DNA of 64,000 bases, the filler included, from Asterionella formosa (Eukaryota), in NCBI GenBank assembly GCA_002256025.1. It is 7 parts of 7 records of this genome, joined end to end, with 100 filler letters (N's around TTAATTAATTAA, not from the genome) between each part and the next. Parts side by side here need not be neighbours in the genome. Positions count along the whole stretch, not along the records: positions 46,275 to 55,414 come from NKIB01011061.1; positions 55,515 to 64,000 come from NKIB01012139.1; 5 more parts are not named here. One strand, given 5' to 3'. The notes below the pieces were generated by a model that made no database searches, was not told the origin of the DNA, and saw nothing but the letters and a program-made list of their open reading frames with translations. The stretch's first letter is position 1. The number at the start of each line of letters is the position of its first letter. The translations under genes were made by a program, and so were the position numbers. Shown here in pieces: positions 50,346 to 64,000 of the stretch.

Positions 50346-51779
50346 AGATATATGAAATATGAAAGAAGTTGTTGTCTGGCAGCATCCGCCTGTCATCAAT
50401 ATTTACAACGTAAAGGAATTCGGGAGGAGGCATTTAAGAGTGCTGGAGTTCACATCTAGCTTGTCTTTGTGTCTTCACGAAGGCACAGGAGAACCTTATC
50501 CAGACAGAGTTGGAGGCATTTTGTCTCTTTCTACAGGGATTTCGATGACAACGCTTCATCCTGATGCTTCGCTTATCATACATGATTACATAAGTAACAG
50601 GACAATAGGTATTGAATTATCTGGGTGCGGCTAGAGTTAGATATTCTTCATCGGGGTGAGTAAAATCTATTGAAAAATACATTAACTACCAGGCACCTCC
50701 TACCAATATAATATAATATTTTGATAATATTATTTATTTACTACAAACAAAGAGGCATTCAATTCCATAGTAGTAGTACTAATAATTGTTACTACTATTC
50801 GGGGGTTCGGGAGGCACTCATGATTATCATGTACTTCACTACCGGTAAATAGCAGTAATTGTGTACATGATAAACTATTGTATTTCATACCATGTAAACA
50901 TAGATGTCGCATTTATGACTATATTTAACTCCCTACTCAAGATTCCATCGAAATATGGACCACAACAATTAGTGCCTACATGAAAGTCAATACAAAATTG
51001 ACGTAGGGGAATTTGTTGCATCTTGAAATGTTGTACCCTCTCCGAGAATACTGTCGCTCAAGTTTTCTCATCTGTTTCGACAAAACATAGAAAACTGTAT
51101 CTATTCAAATTTATCAAGCTAATCATCACGAACTCAACACTGTTGCATTTTTGGTCATATCTTCAAAACTGAGTGAATGACGACCAGAAACATTTTTCAG
51201 CATTGATTTTAACTTTTTGTTGTCAATACTACTAGTGCAAAAAATTTTATTGTTCAACGATAATCTCGTCTATGTTAGTCTTCATACACGTGCGAAATAG
51301 GAATTGTTCATTGTCAATATTCGTGAAGATATTCAACTCCATAATTTTGTCATGGTCAAGATGGAGTTGCTGTCTCATCAACCCCATCATACCACAGGCA
51401 GCTGTACAAACACACATGGAAGTACTGTCTGGTGGTACCTGGTACCCAGTATTATGCATGCCAAGCATATAATATTTAATGCTATACATACAGAATGTAC
51501 AAAGTTTATGCAAGGTCTGTTGTACTATGTGTGCTGTCTTCCATGTCGAAAACCTAAGTACATCTGATACATTATGCATCCGATTTCTTGACAAAATGTG
51601 CAGTAGATCAAATTTTCAATTATTTTTCGATTATCATGCTACTAAGTAAAAAGATTCATTGAAAATTTAGTTAGGAAAAGTTCCTATCATTGATAGAAAT
51701 TAATATTGATATGCTACAAATTTAGTCAAAGAAAAGTAATCCCTAATTCCTCCGACTAACTCATAATGCATTTTCCAAC

Positions 51780-54020
51780 ACTTTTATGCAAAAAGTGTAA
51801 TGGACCGTTGGTGTCCCATTCAAAAATGTAGCATATTCACTAAAACTTTGTCTCCTATCCGAATCCTTGGCATAATCTGAATCTGACATGCCTGAAATTA
51901 TGAACTCAAAATTTGGAAAACCGTTCCCTCTACCACTTGGTCTTAATTTTAACCACAATCAGGAGTTCCAATGCAATATTTCATGACCCTATTCATTGCT
52001 TGAATATGTGCACCTATTGCTTCCATTATAAAGCATGATAACTCTCTAACACAATTCATGATATCTGGTCTAGACCATTTCATCAAATGCAACAATTTTC
52101 CCACACCAGACCCATATTTTGTCATTTCCTTGAGAGACAACATTTCAGTCGATTTCCCTTTCCTCAAAACATCACCTGGCACTGTGGGAGTAATTGGATT
52201 GTCACCTTTGGGTAACTCAAACTCATCAGCAAAGCTTTGCAACAACACTGGTTGAGTCAACTGCACATAGCCCTCATCAGGATTGTAATCCACTTTGCAT
52301 CCAATATATTTCTTTCATGGTCCAGCTACATCACAGTCAAATCTTCTTATCATTTGCTTCTTAGCCTTTAAAACTTCCTCTTTCATGCCAACCACCACGC
52401 AATCATCAACCAAAGATAACCACATAATTAATCCATTGTTAGTAGTCCATGCAAAGTATAGACATGGATCCGCTTTGCTTCTTGTATATCCCATATCATA
52501 AAATGATTTCACAAGTAACCTCCAGAACGCATGTGCTGCCTGAACTAGCTCATAGATGGCTTGCTTCAACAACAATACTTCATTCCTTTTATAATGCCTC
52601 CAAAAACCTTGAGGTAACTCCATATAAATTGATTCTCCATTAGAAATTCTCATTTGAGAAATGCACTTTGAACATCCAATATTTCACCATACAGCCTTCC
52701 CATTACCATCAAAATAAAGACAATTCTAATTCTAATTTCATTTGTGACTGGTGTAGCTGATTTTGTATTCTTATCACAATGAATACTATCAACTTTTTCA
52801 AATCCTCTTGCATTCAGCCTAGCTCGAAATTTTCCGCTTGCTTTCTTTTTCAATGCCCACGTTGAAGTCAGTACCTTTGAATTACTTGGAATCTTTGCTT
52901 TGTCAATAGGTTTCCAAACATTATCATTTTCTATTGAACTTATCACCATTTGCTTTAGGTCTTGTACCTTTGCCATCTTTATGCTCTTTATCTGGACACT
53001 TAATGGCTTTATACCCCTTTTTCTTGCAATTATAGCAAACACCTCCAAATGCACTCGTTGATATTTCAGCAGCATCATTGCCATCACTAGTCTTTGGGGT
53101 TTTCCCTGGTCTCCAAAATTGATTCATTGCAGTCTCTAAATCACTTATCATCGCAAATGTAGCAGGGTCTTAGTTTTTCTTCATGGCCACTTTATTAAGC
53201 TTATGCCTGAGCTCAACTCTTGTAATTGTGTCTTGAGGTCAATACTTCTTATTCAGAGCTTCCATTACCAAATAAGCAAGCCCACCTGGCCACTCTGGAG
53301 TCATCGCCTTGTACACCAATCCCATTGTTCCTTTAGATGTGAAAGCCATTGACAAATTAGCCATAGCTACACCATTTCTCCTGATGGCCAATGCTTTCAA
53401 CTTGCCATCCTCAGTTGTTTCATCAATCATCTTCTCTTGCTGGCATCATAGCCTGTGGGGCTAATGTCTCAGCAAATCTGCTATCAATTACAAATACTCT
53501 AAATCAAGTAGTCCACATTTGAAATTTCTTGTGGTCTCCATCAAACATTAGAAGTCTCACACCCATCTTGTCACTATCCTTGGATCCATCCATTGTGACT
53601 TTACAAACTTTTGTTTTCTTTCAATCTTTGTTTCACCAACAATCAGCATCTGGGTCCTAACCGTTATCCTTCGAAGTATGCTGAAGGGCTCAAAATACTA
53701 GTACCTTACTCAAGTCAAGGTTTCTCAGATTGTAAAGTAATTGTAATTAGTATATCTAAACTATCAATCTTGCCAACTGGTCCTGCCAAACTTAATCCTG
53801 CCAAATTCAATCGTACCAAATACAATTCAAGCCTTCTACTCCAACTAATTTTGATCCCACTGTCAGTCCCATGAAACATTTCACGACTTTTCTCATCAGA
53901 CTCTCCACATCACCTGGAGTCTTTATAATTTCCAACATTATAGTCTTGGGCACTTGTGCCATGACTGGTAGGACACACCATCCCTTTATCTCCCACTACA
54001 AGTGCAAAACCAACATTTAA
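51780..54020 (-). mobile_element. Internally deleted, degenerate Copia element
   Basis: PBS-like GGTTAGGACCC near 53652-53662, gag (AMANLSMAF...WPGGLA), knuckle CYNCKKKG, then directly RT (TSTWALKKKASGKFRARLNARGF, LVDD) and RNase H (SDSDYAKD). LTR limits are approximate. Confidence 0.85.
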
Positions 54021-54346
54021 CACCATAAAGAAACAAAATAGCTCACTCGTGTCTTGTTAGTTTGTAACTCAGTAGTAGTCATCAGCTTTACCATCAACAT
54101 ACGTAGTCTTAACTGCTACTGTCTGTGATCGATGACAACCTCACAGGAAACGAACAAGCCTTTCAGCATTCCTTCAAAGTATACGCCCAGCCATGTCCTT
54201 TTTTAAAGCATATAGCCAGGCAACGAATCAGTATGACAATATAGTTCTTGTCATTTTTTACTTACAAACAAACATGGCAACGGCTTTCACGCTGAATGTA
54301 AAATCATCGTATTTATTTCATGCATGTTAACTAAACGAAAAGTAAA

Positions 54347-55414
54347 TTATTGAAGTCCGTCATAGTCCCCATCTTCGTCATGGACTCCATCTTGGTTCAT
54401 GCATAATTGCATCTTTCCTACAGTCACAAGCCGTTCTCCGCTATCAGCAACGGTCCCAGTCACTTCGAGCAATTCCTGTTTGCCCTTCCCACAGATGCCA
54501 GAAATGCAATCGTCATCAGATTTGCATGGCCATCCTTCCTCCTTCTTACCCGTGCTGTCGAATTCAGCGGCATCCTTGTTTGTCACAGAAGTGTCGGCAG
54601 CATTGGGTGTATAGTATTCGATGATACCATTAAAGACTCGTCCAAGGAATATTCCACCAAAACGAGGTTGAGCAACGCCGGCACCTTCGTAAACGATGAG
54701 GTCGGAAGACTCTGAAAAAGGCAGCATAACCGTTCCTGTCGATTTACCGTTGGTATATCTGATACCTCCTCCAACAATTGTAATATACAAGGCTTGGATG
54801 TCCCCATTCGCGATCTTCAACTCCTTGAATGTACCTGGTGGCAATTGTGTCGGGTTACCCGATCCCTGGCCTGCAACAGATGCAGATCCAATCAATTGCC
54901 ATGCACTAGATGTGCTGTGCGTGCCTTGCCATGATGTGTTCTTTGTCTTGAGCATGTAGATTTCCACATCTACCATTGCTCCAAACTGATGGTACGTGTG
55001 GAACCACAAGTTAGAAATGATCAAGTCGGTCTTGGCCTTGATATCGAACATACATCCATACGACCCATTCTTGTTCGCCATTGTTGTTGTATGTTTCTTC
55101 AAAACACCGTAGTCACTGGTAAGCGGTACAGGAGATCGTGTGGGTTGAGAATTACTAGCCTGAGACACATAGTATAAAACGCCATTCCAGATGCGATTAG
55201 GATACGCATTTCCAAAGGGATATCTAACTCCAGAGGACTTCACGAAACTGACAGTGCCATCGTTCGCAGAAACAATACCGTTCGTGTATCGAATATTGGG
55301 GTCAGTCATCGTCACGTAGAAAGCTTGAGTCTCTCCAGCACGGATGGTAACAGAAGTGACAGCTTCCCGGGGGATGCGCGTTGGATTTGGAGAACCCGCA
55401 CCATAGACTAACGT
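54347..55414 (-). CDS. 3' part of a probable extracellular protein with a repeated beta-rich module, as seen in diatom secreted proteases
   Basis: Open from the contig edge. The module ...QAFYVT....IRYTNG...G....F....R..NG...Y occurs twice, followed by a Cys-rich tail (CKSDDDCISGIC). Confidence 0.75.
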   Translation of the reverse strand, partial: TLVYGAGSPNPTRIPREAVTSVTIRAGETQAFYVTMTDPNIRYTNGIVSANDGTVSFVKSSGVRYPFGNAYPNRIWNGVLYYVSQASNSQPTRSPVPLTSDYGVLKKHTTTMANKNGSYGCMFDIKAKTDLIISNLWFHTYHQFGAMVDVEIYMLKTKNTSWQGTHSTSSAWQLIGSASVAGQGSGNPTQLPPGTFKELKIANGDIQALYITIVGGGIRYTNGKSTGTVMLPFSESSDLIVYEGAGVAQPRFGGIFLGRVFNGIIEYYTPNAADTSVTNKDAAEFDSTGKKEEGWPCKSDDDCISGICGKGKQELLEVTGTVADSGERLVTVGKMQLCMNQDGVHDEDGDYDGLQ

Positions 55415-55514
55415 NNNNNNNNNNNNNNNNNNNNNNNNNNNNNNNNNNNNNNNNNNNNTTAATTAATTAANNNNNNNNNNNNNNNNNNNNNNNNNNNNNN
55501 NNNNNNNNNNNNNN
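55415..55514. other. Artificial contig linker
   Basis: N44-TTAATTAATTAA-N44. Confidence 0.98.
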
Positions 55515-55546
55515 TTAGCCTCAAGAGCAGGATCTTAGTTGAACTT

Positions 55547-55963
55547 TCAAATGAATTATTTGAAACATCAACTAATTCAGTCTCGCGTTCAAAATTCATT
55601 GTGAAAACTTCACATGAAACAGTTAAAACTTCACATGAAACAGTTAAAACTTCACATGAAACCGTTAAAACTTCACATGAAACCGTTAAAAGTAACCTTT
55701 TTACGTGAAGAGTGGCATTAATGCATGTGAAGTACCACATAATTAACACTCGTATGTAAACGAAATTTCGAAAAGTCAAATGAATTATTTGAAACATCAA
55801 CTAATTCAGTCTCGCGTTCAAAATTCATTGTGAAAACTTCACATGAAACAGTTAAAACTTCACATAAAACAGTTAAAAGTAATCTTTTTTACGTGAAGAG
55901 TGGCATTAATGCATGTGAAGTACCACATAATTAACACTCATACGTAGACGAAATTTCGAAAAG
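55547..55963. repeat. Nested tandem repeat: about 190-230-bp unit x2 containing a 21-bp minisatellite (4 versus 2 copies)
   Basis: AAAACTTCACATGAAAC(A/C)GTT units; higher-order copies start at 55547 and 55776. Confidence 0.9.
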
Positions 55964-56861
55964 TGGCGTATTTCGCGTCTTAGATGTAACAGTAGAAAAC
56001 CGGTAACTTGCCTTCAATCATGGAATGTACAACTGCGAAAGTGGCGATGACATGAAGGAAGAAAATGATGGTATGCTCGTTTTGAGGATTGGAACAAATA
56101 AATATGCGCCAGTATGGTCCATGTAAGCAAGTGCAACAACTGTAGAATATGTAGAAAACGACATGAAGTCTAATTTTTTAATAATTATCATAGTGACATG
56201 TTGTATCAGTTTCCTGCAAATATTTGAGTGGTTGGCCAATATAAAACAGCATTTGGCAATATATACATATATGCTATACGTATGTATGTATGTTAAATTG
56301 GTTTCAAATAATTTATGTAGATGCTAATAATTTAATAAGTGATTACGAGTTTACACTCCCATCTAAATGACTAATAAAAAGCGCATTTTTTTGAGTAAAC
56401 CCACCCTTGCATAGAAAATGGTAGGTTTTCTATGTTATCTGTCCCAAAAAGCTGCTCGGCACTTGAATTGCTGCAAATTGACGCAAGTTGTTTCTTTTCA
56501 CTGGTAAAAAATTTACAGTGAAGAAAGATGTGGAATGCAATCTAGTAAAAAGTCTCTTTATTGGGGCAGACAATGAGAGATCAAGAGATAATGTGGGTGG
56601 AAAACTTCTTTGACCCAAGGAATTGTTTAATGCTATAGAAATGATGCTTCTATAGTCTGGGTCACTTGAAATCATCTGTTACATGGAAAGAGGTGAAGCA
56701 CCATGTTTACAATATCACAATACATCATGTGAATGCATTTATTAGGTGCTTCATCTTGACTAATAAGGTAATCTACCAGTACAGTGGATTTAAAACAGAA
56801 CTATGCAATTGATTGCTCCTTTAATGTGGCCAATTTTTTCACCAAATGTCACTCTTCACTG

Positions 56862-58305
<1,444 letters not shown>

Positions 58306-58564
58306 TCAATCTAGCAACAGTAGCTCGAAGCAGTACGATATGAATGGCACAGGTAACGGAGGAAAAGTAGAAGTAAATCTCCAAGAGGAAACCTCTTCAT
58401 GCTTTGCAAGTTGCGATGAAACAGAGATTTAGCTTAGTTTTCCTCATAATGAGAACCGTCTTCTTCCATAAATTCCTTTTGTGCTTATTTATATACAGAG
58501 CAGACTGTTCCATACATAACCTAACGGGTGTGGCAGATCAACTCCATGGATCAAAAACCGGTAT

Positions 58565-58655
58565 TAAGGTTACGGCCCTCGGCTGAACCCTAGTTTGGAG
58601 AAAAAATTGATAGGGTTGTAAAATTGATGTGGAACAGGGAATTTTTTCTGTCTAC
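58565..58655 (+). repeat. Dispersed repeat end shared with 20980-21060
   Basis: GGTT(A/G)CGGCCC...AACCCTAGT..GGAGAAAA...TAGGGTTGTAAAA...GTGGAACAGGGA. Confidence 0.75.
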
Positions 58656-58859
58656 AATGGAACCTCCCTATAAGATGATACACCCCGTTTGCTCATGCAA
58701 TTATGGCCTTTTTGTATCATATATAGGGAGGTGTATCTTATACAGAGGTTCCGCAAGTTTACGTTGTTTTATACGTACTACAGTGATAAAATATATGGAA
58801 TCCAATGAGTCGAGAATCAATATTCTTAGCAGTGATTAGAAACCAGACCCAAAACATGC

Positions 58860-59010
58860 GACACTTATTGACAAATGACTGGAGATGTTTACTTATTGAC
58901 AAGTGAATCAGATGCTCACTTTATTTTTAAATGATTAAGTGATGCTCACTTATTGTCAAATGAATATGCTCACTTATTGTCAAATGAATATGCTTACTTA
59001 TTGTCAAAGT
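58860..59010. repeat. Degenerate 24-bp tandem repeat
   Basis: ATGCTCACTTATTGTCAAATGAAT units. Confidence 0.85.
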
Positions 59011-59459
59011 AAGCAAGATCATTTTGACGGGATCAAGGAAAGTGTGAGAAGTGTTGTTCGGGATTACATGAGTAATCAGGCAAGAAAGATACTAGATAGA
59101 CTATTAACAGAAAGCTCACAATATTACAAGTGTAAAGTGAAAATACGTTTTCAGCTTTAGAGATCTTAAAAGTAAGATGTGTGATATTTCAACTAGGCAA
59201 TTTGACACTACAGTACCAGGGTACACAATATGTGCAATATGCATAAAAGAAGGCAGGAAGGCAGGTTGAAAAAAATAATTTGCAGTTTATAAGACTTAAC
59301 TTTTGATTTCCATTTGGAAGAAAAAAGATTCGATTGGAGGCTGAATTAGTCTAGAATGAAACCTTTTCTGAACAGTCAATTTTTTCAAGCAATGGAAGAA
59401 GCTCCTGCTTGACTAAATCATTTCCTGTAACATCAGTGCTGTTTTTAAACCAAACAAAG

Positions 59460-60840
59460 CATCTCGTTAGGTTATAGGAACCTTATTGGACACATCACTG
59501 ACTGCTGCCATGATACCACCTTTATCCAAGGCACGACTGCCATCCTCCTCATCCCCTTCATCAATATATTCAGCAACCAAATTTACTATTAGTGATTCTG
59601 CACATGGGATTGGATATTCGCTAATACAATCCTGTACATAATGAACATTAACTTCTCCAAGCCTCTCTGTCAACTCCTCCACTTAATTTTCAGTTTCCTC
59701 TGGTAATGATACACATAATATATCAAAATCACATGCTTTAAAGCATCTTGGAATTGTTTCAGTCGTAACCCTTCCCCAGGATGTAGCCATAAACTTCACT
59801 GCATCAATAAGCTGCAATTTCTTAGCCAGATCTGCTGCATGTTCTCCCATTTCAACAAATTGTAATAACTGTAAAACTTGGTGCTTACAGGAAAGATCTT
59901 TACACTTCTAATAATTCCATCATCCCACGGTTGCAACAAACTTGTCAAGTTTGGAGGGAAGAATTGAACCTTCACATGTGTTAGCCTTGCGGTTGTTTCC
60001 TCATCAACCATATGGACAGGGCGTTATCTAAGAAAAAATGAATCTTCCTGTTCCGAGAAGCCATGTATGCATTCAAATCCAGGATAGGATTTGTCATTCA
60101 TGCTTTGCTAGTTGACTTGTGCACAACTCCAAGGCGGCTCAAATCAATGTTTCGAAAACAATGAAGCTTCTTGGATTTCCCATTTATGAGCGGCTACATT
60201 TTTCCCCCAGCTGCACTACATTTCAAAGCAACTGTAACTCGATCCTTTGCATGTTTGATACTTGATTGGGGATACTTGATTGAGAGTTTAATTGGGGAGA
60301 ACATGATAAAAGAATCTAGTCTCATCCACGTTGAAAATTTCGGCTGGGGTTTATATCCATCACACAAATTAGACACGGAAGCTTTCCATTCTTCCCCCTT
60401 ATCAATGTGTTCATTCCCAGACTCTCCACAAATAGCATATGATTTTACATTTTGTATTTTCTTCAAATTTCAAGCCATTCATTAGATGTCTTAAAATTGT
60501 GATTTGCTTCGAATGCTTTGGCAATCGATTAAGCTTTGCTTTGTAGGATGGGTCCACTAATTGGATATCCATTTGCGCGAGCAGTGCAAAAGAATTTCTC
60601 CACAATACTGTGTTGATTTCTGTACCACTTGTAAGGCAAGCCATTTTCATTGATCACATCGATTCTCCTTCCATCAGTAAGTCCTTCTCCTTTTTCTTTG
60701 CTTTTTGAACATTTCCAATGATTATGGCAAGTTTAGAAGCGAATTCTCTAACACTATTCCTTTTACCAAGTAGCTTTATTGCTGCTAATTTTTGTATCAA
60801 TGAAAACGCTTTTACGCTTTAACTTCATTTCCGACATGCT
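59460..60840 (-). mobile_element. Degenerate Tigger/pogo (CENP-B/Jerky-like) transposase
   Basis: ICGESG, KHAKDRVTVALKCSAAG, LDNAPVH-like and VQFFPPNLTSLLQPWDDGII; multiple frameshifts. Confidence 0.82.
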
Positions 60841-61824
60841 CTTCACAATAGCTCCTTCAGTTCCCAATGGCGATGATGTCTGAATTTTGGATATTGAAAT
60901 GAGTAAAAGAATGGAAGCAAATGGACAAGAAACGATCAAGGTTCATTTCAGTAAATTATCAAACGAAAAATTATTATAAAAAGTGTCATTAACAAGTAAT
61001 GTCTCAAGTGATGCATAGTACCACCAGATAATCGCCATGACAGATGATGTGGTACATGACGTATACTACTGATTCTTCTATTACATTCGTACGCATGTAA
61101 TAGTACTGAGGATTGTCAGTCCACAGCAGTGGCTGATTTGAGATGATCAAAGCATGCAAAACAAGGTAAAAACTGCTGGCTCAAAAGGATTGCAGACTGT
61201 GCGGCGCTCGTTTTAATCTTATACACATCTAAGCCGCGTATTACGTGAAGTGACTATCACATAAATAAGCCTAGTTGATTTTGAATGCATCACATGAATT
61301 AGTTGAATACATCAAAATAGGTAGTTGAATATATCTATATATTATCTGAATACATCACGTTAAATATTTGATCAAAGTATCATGCATGCAATCCTGATCA
61401 TCACTATATTATGTCATCACCTTCACCTAATTATTTGAAATACATCAAGTAATTATTTGAAAAACTTCACGTAACCCTGTAATTTAGTTCACATTGCCTT
61501 ATAATTTCGTCACATAATTCTAGAATAAAGTTCACTTAATATGTAAAATTTGTTTACGTAATTTTCTGGAGTTCATTCAAATAATTATCAAAAGGTTGTT
61601 CAAGTAATTATCTGAAGGCCATTCCACTATTTTTCTGAAGGTTGTTCAACTTTTTACAGCAGGTAATTCAACTAAATTAAAGAGTATCTTCAATGAAATA
61701 AAGCCTGCTCATTCGGAATGGCATGCAAATGCTCCTGCACTGAAAGGGTTTGCTGCAATACCAATTGAATACAGAGGAAGATCAGTGTGAGTTATCAGTA
61801 GCGTTGCTCATATAGCCGTCAAAA

Positions 61825-62283
61825 TAGCGCAGTAATCTTACCAGAACAACTTTCATTGCGGAACTCATTGTCCCTGTTGTCAACAACGATGCGTGAGCTG
61901 ACAAGCCATACTAGCATTTAGGTACACAACAAAAAACACTCACCATTCAACTGTATTGCAGAGTTCTTTTATTTGAGTCGAGGTAGCTGCTGGCACATAA
62001 AGTTTTGCATAGTCGTTCGATAATTCAGTAGAAATACAGCAGCAGGCAGCATGACAAACATCACGCCAAAGCACACTAACAACTTATGATTTACGGATCC
62101 CTATTATCATATGACATTAACAGAGAATCAGAAAGCAACAATACTCAATCCTAAATTTGATCCGAATGCTCCAGTAGCGTTAATCTTACCTGAAAAGTTT
62201 TCATTCTGGACCTCATTTTCCCTGTTGGCAACAACAATGCGAGAGCTGACAAGCCATACTAGCATTTAGATACACAGCAAAAA
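61825..62283. repeat. Direct repeat pair of about 110 bp (61825-61936 and 62175-62283)
   Basis: Shared GAGCTGACAAGCCATACTAGCATTTAG core with diverged flanks. Confidence 0.85.
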
Positions 62284-62999
62284 CATGTTAATCTAGCTGC
62301 TGAAGAGCCAGAAGGGGGTGATTGGCTGTTGACCGCATTGATTGCTTACTTTTTCAGCATGCTAATTTTTGTGTTTGTGGACCCTCCTGGTGTATGGCGA
62401 AACTCCTGGCGCGGCCTGGATTCTCTCGTTGTACCACAACAACGTACATTCTACCAGAAAAACACCGGCGCAGTCTTGCTAAATGTTTCGTCCGGTCCAA
62501 ATTCTGTATCTACAAGCGTGAATTGTTAGAATAGCATATTGTTACTCCTACTAGCTGACTATCAGCCATTGTGCCTTTTTATGATACATATTTTATGTAT
62601 ATGTACCACATCAGTACAGTAGACACTCCTTGATTTTCATTCAATGATGCAATTAAGTGATAGAAGGTGAAAGCTCATCAGTTTTTGCCTAGAAAAATAC
62701 AGGCGACGAGCAACTACTAGATGTACTAGTATGGTAATAGCTAGCTAGTACCGCTCACTAAAATTATGTTTTTTCCTGTTTGTGATCAATATCCCATCGA
62801 TCCATACATTCTCGTATATGTTTTACTCGATGCCACCAGTCGAAACGATTGAGGTAATGAGCAGATATTGGCAGGACGTGCAGACGTTGGAGATATATAG
62901 AAACAACATCCTCTGCAAATGCATTGTTTCATAGATACGAAATTAGTTATCATTTACTAACAGCTAGGTAAATGTGTTACGGTTAGATCTCTTCCATTT

Positions 63000-64000
63000 C
63001 TCCTTCACACTGCAGCATATTTCTCCGAACACTACTACCCATAGAAAGGTAATGTTCATAAGTTAGGTGAACGTTTTCTTATCTTGCAGCAGCATATCTT
63101 CTCTTCAGCTCCTCAGTATGGCAAGCTTGTTCCTTTATATTGAAAGCAGAGAAATTGACCGATGTCTCAGCCAGCATAGCACTCAATGAAATATTTCTTG
63201 AATCTTTTTATCGAGTCGCTTATACTCGGGAATGTCACTGTCATGGAGATCCTCCATAGTCATCTGGTAGAATGCTTTATAGTTGTTGTTTGCCTTTAAC
63301 ATCTCTTGGTGTTCTTTGGGAAATGTCAGGTAATGACATTCCATACATTTTGTCACGGCTTCCAAAACCAGAATAGCCATCCCTTGGCGCTTACAATTCA
63401 TGAAATCCTTGTCCAACGATGATTTCCAGTTAACTTGCACCTGGTTCAAAGTAGTGGGTGTTTTAGTCGAACTTTTTGAGCGATTCGATAAACTTTTAAT
63501 AGAACTTCCTGACTTTCCATTAAGTTCATTTTCTGATGGTGTCACATTTCCTTCCCTTGTTGGTAGCGAATCCACATTGGGTGGCCGTGGGAAAGAACCA
63601 TCAACACTAATTGAATTTCTTAAGGGGGTGCTGCTACTTACTGTTACTGGTGAAGTGCCCGAAAGATCACTAATTGAAGAGGCTGGGGGAGGGATACTAG
63701 CGATACTTGGAGTTTTTCCCTTCTCCAGGTCGTTTCTTACCCTAATCACTGGTGGCATATAAGCAAGAACTTACCCGCATTAGAATTGTGATTACATTAG
63801 TGTAAGCTAGTAAATGAGAATAATACTAATATTAATAATACCAATTCATTTCTTACCTCCCATTTTGGTCACATTTGTATCCTTCTTTTGCATATTCATG
63901 AACATAGACTCCAAAGCAATGCTGTTTGCAGACTCACGTAGGTGCTCGACTTGATCATAAATTGTATTGAACCTTGCATAACCCTTTGTTTCCCACCCTC
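63000..64000 (-). pseudogene. Two tandem hypothetical ORF remnants, probably transposon accessory genes
   Basis: 63846-63998 reads GWETKGYARFNTIYDQVEHLR...; 63183-63758 is a Ser/Pro-rich ORF whose frame appears to continue past a stop. Confidence 0.4.

Noticed and set aside
55600..55700. Possible CRISPR array (also 58860-59010 and 29040-29330)
   Set aside because: Head-to-tail tandem repeats with no unique spacers, no cas genes, and eukaryotic context.
56498..56520. CACTGGTAAAAAATTTACAGTG resembling fused CACTA ends
   Set aside because: Too short, with no target duplication, to distinguish from chance.

Overview
Eukaryotic nuclear DNA, almost certainly a diatom. Evidence: short GT-AG introns, CoDi-type Copia elements, an RXL/KxxK secreted protein and a signal-peptide-bearing PNGase. 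The window is not one locus. It is seven unrelated contigs of about 9.1 kb, ordered by decreasing length and joined by 100-bp N44-TTAATTAATTAA-N44 linkers, so adjacency across linkers means nothing. Intact host genes: a presequence-bearing peptide:N-glycanase, a multi-pass membrane protein, a silaffin/cingulin-like secreted protein, PP2A scaffold subunit A (3 exons) and GCN5 (2 exons), plus several partial genes. Most of the rest is decayed transposons: PIF/Harbinger, piggyBac, three pogo/Tigger-type, four Copia, a Gypsy-like gag, and a Plavaka/CACTA-like element paired with a Ulp1-like protease. The most striking unexplained signal is a dense scatter of nested TA-CCGG-TA / TA-CCWGG-TA motifs in intergenic DNA of at least six contigs. 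I interpret these as accumulated excision footprints of a TA-targeting transposon. All family assignments come from motif recognition by eye; no searches were run.
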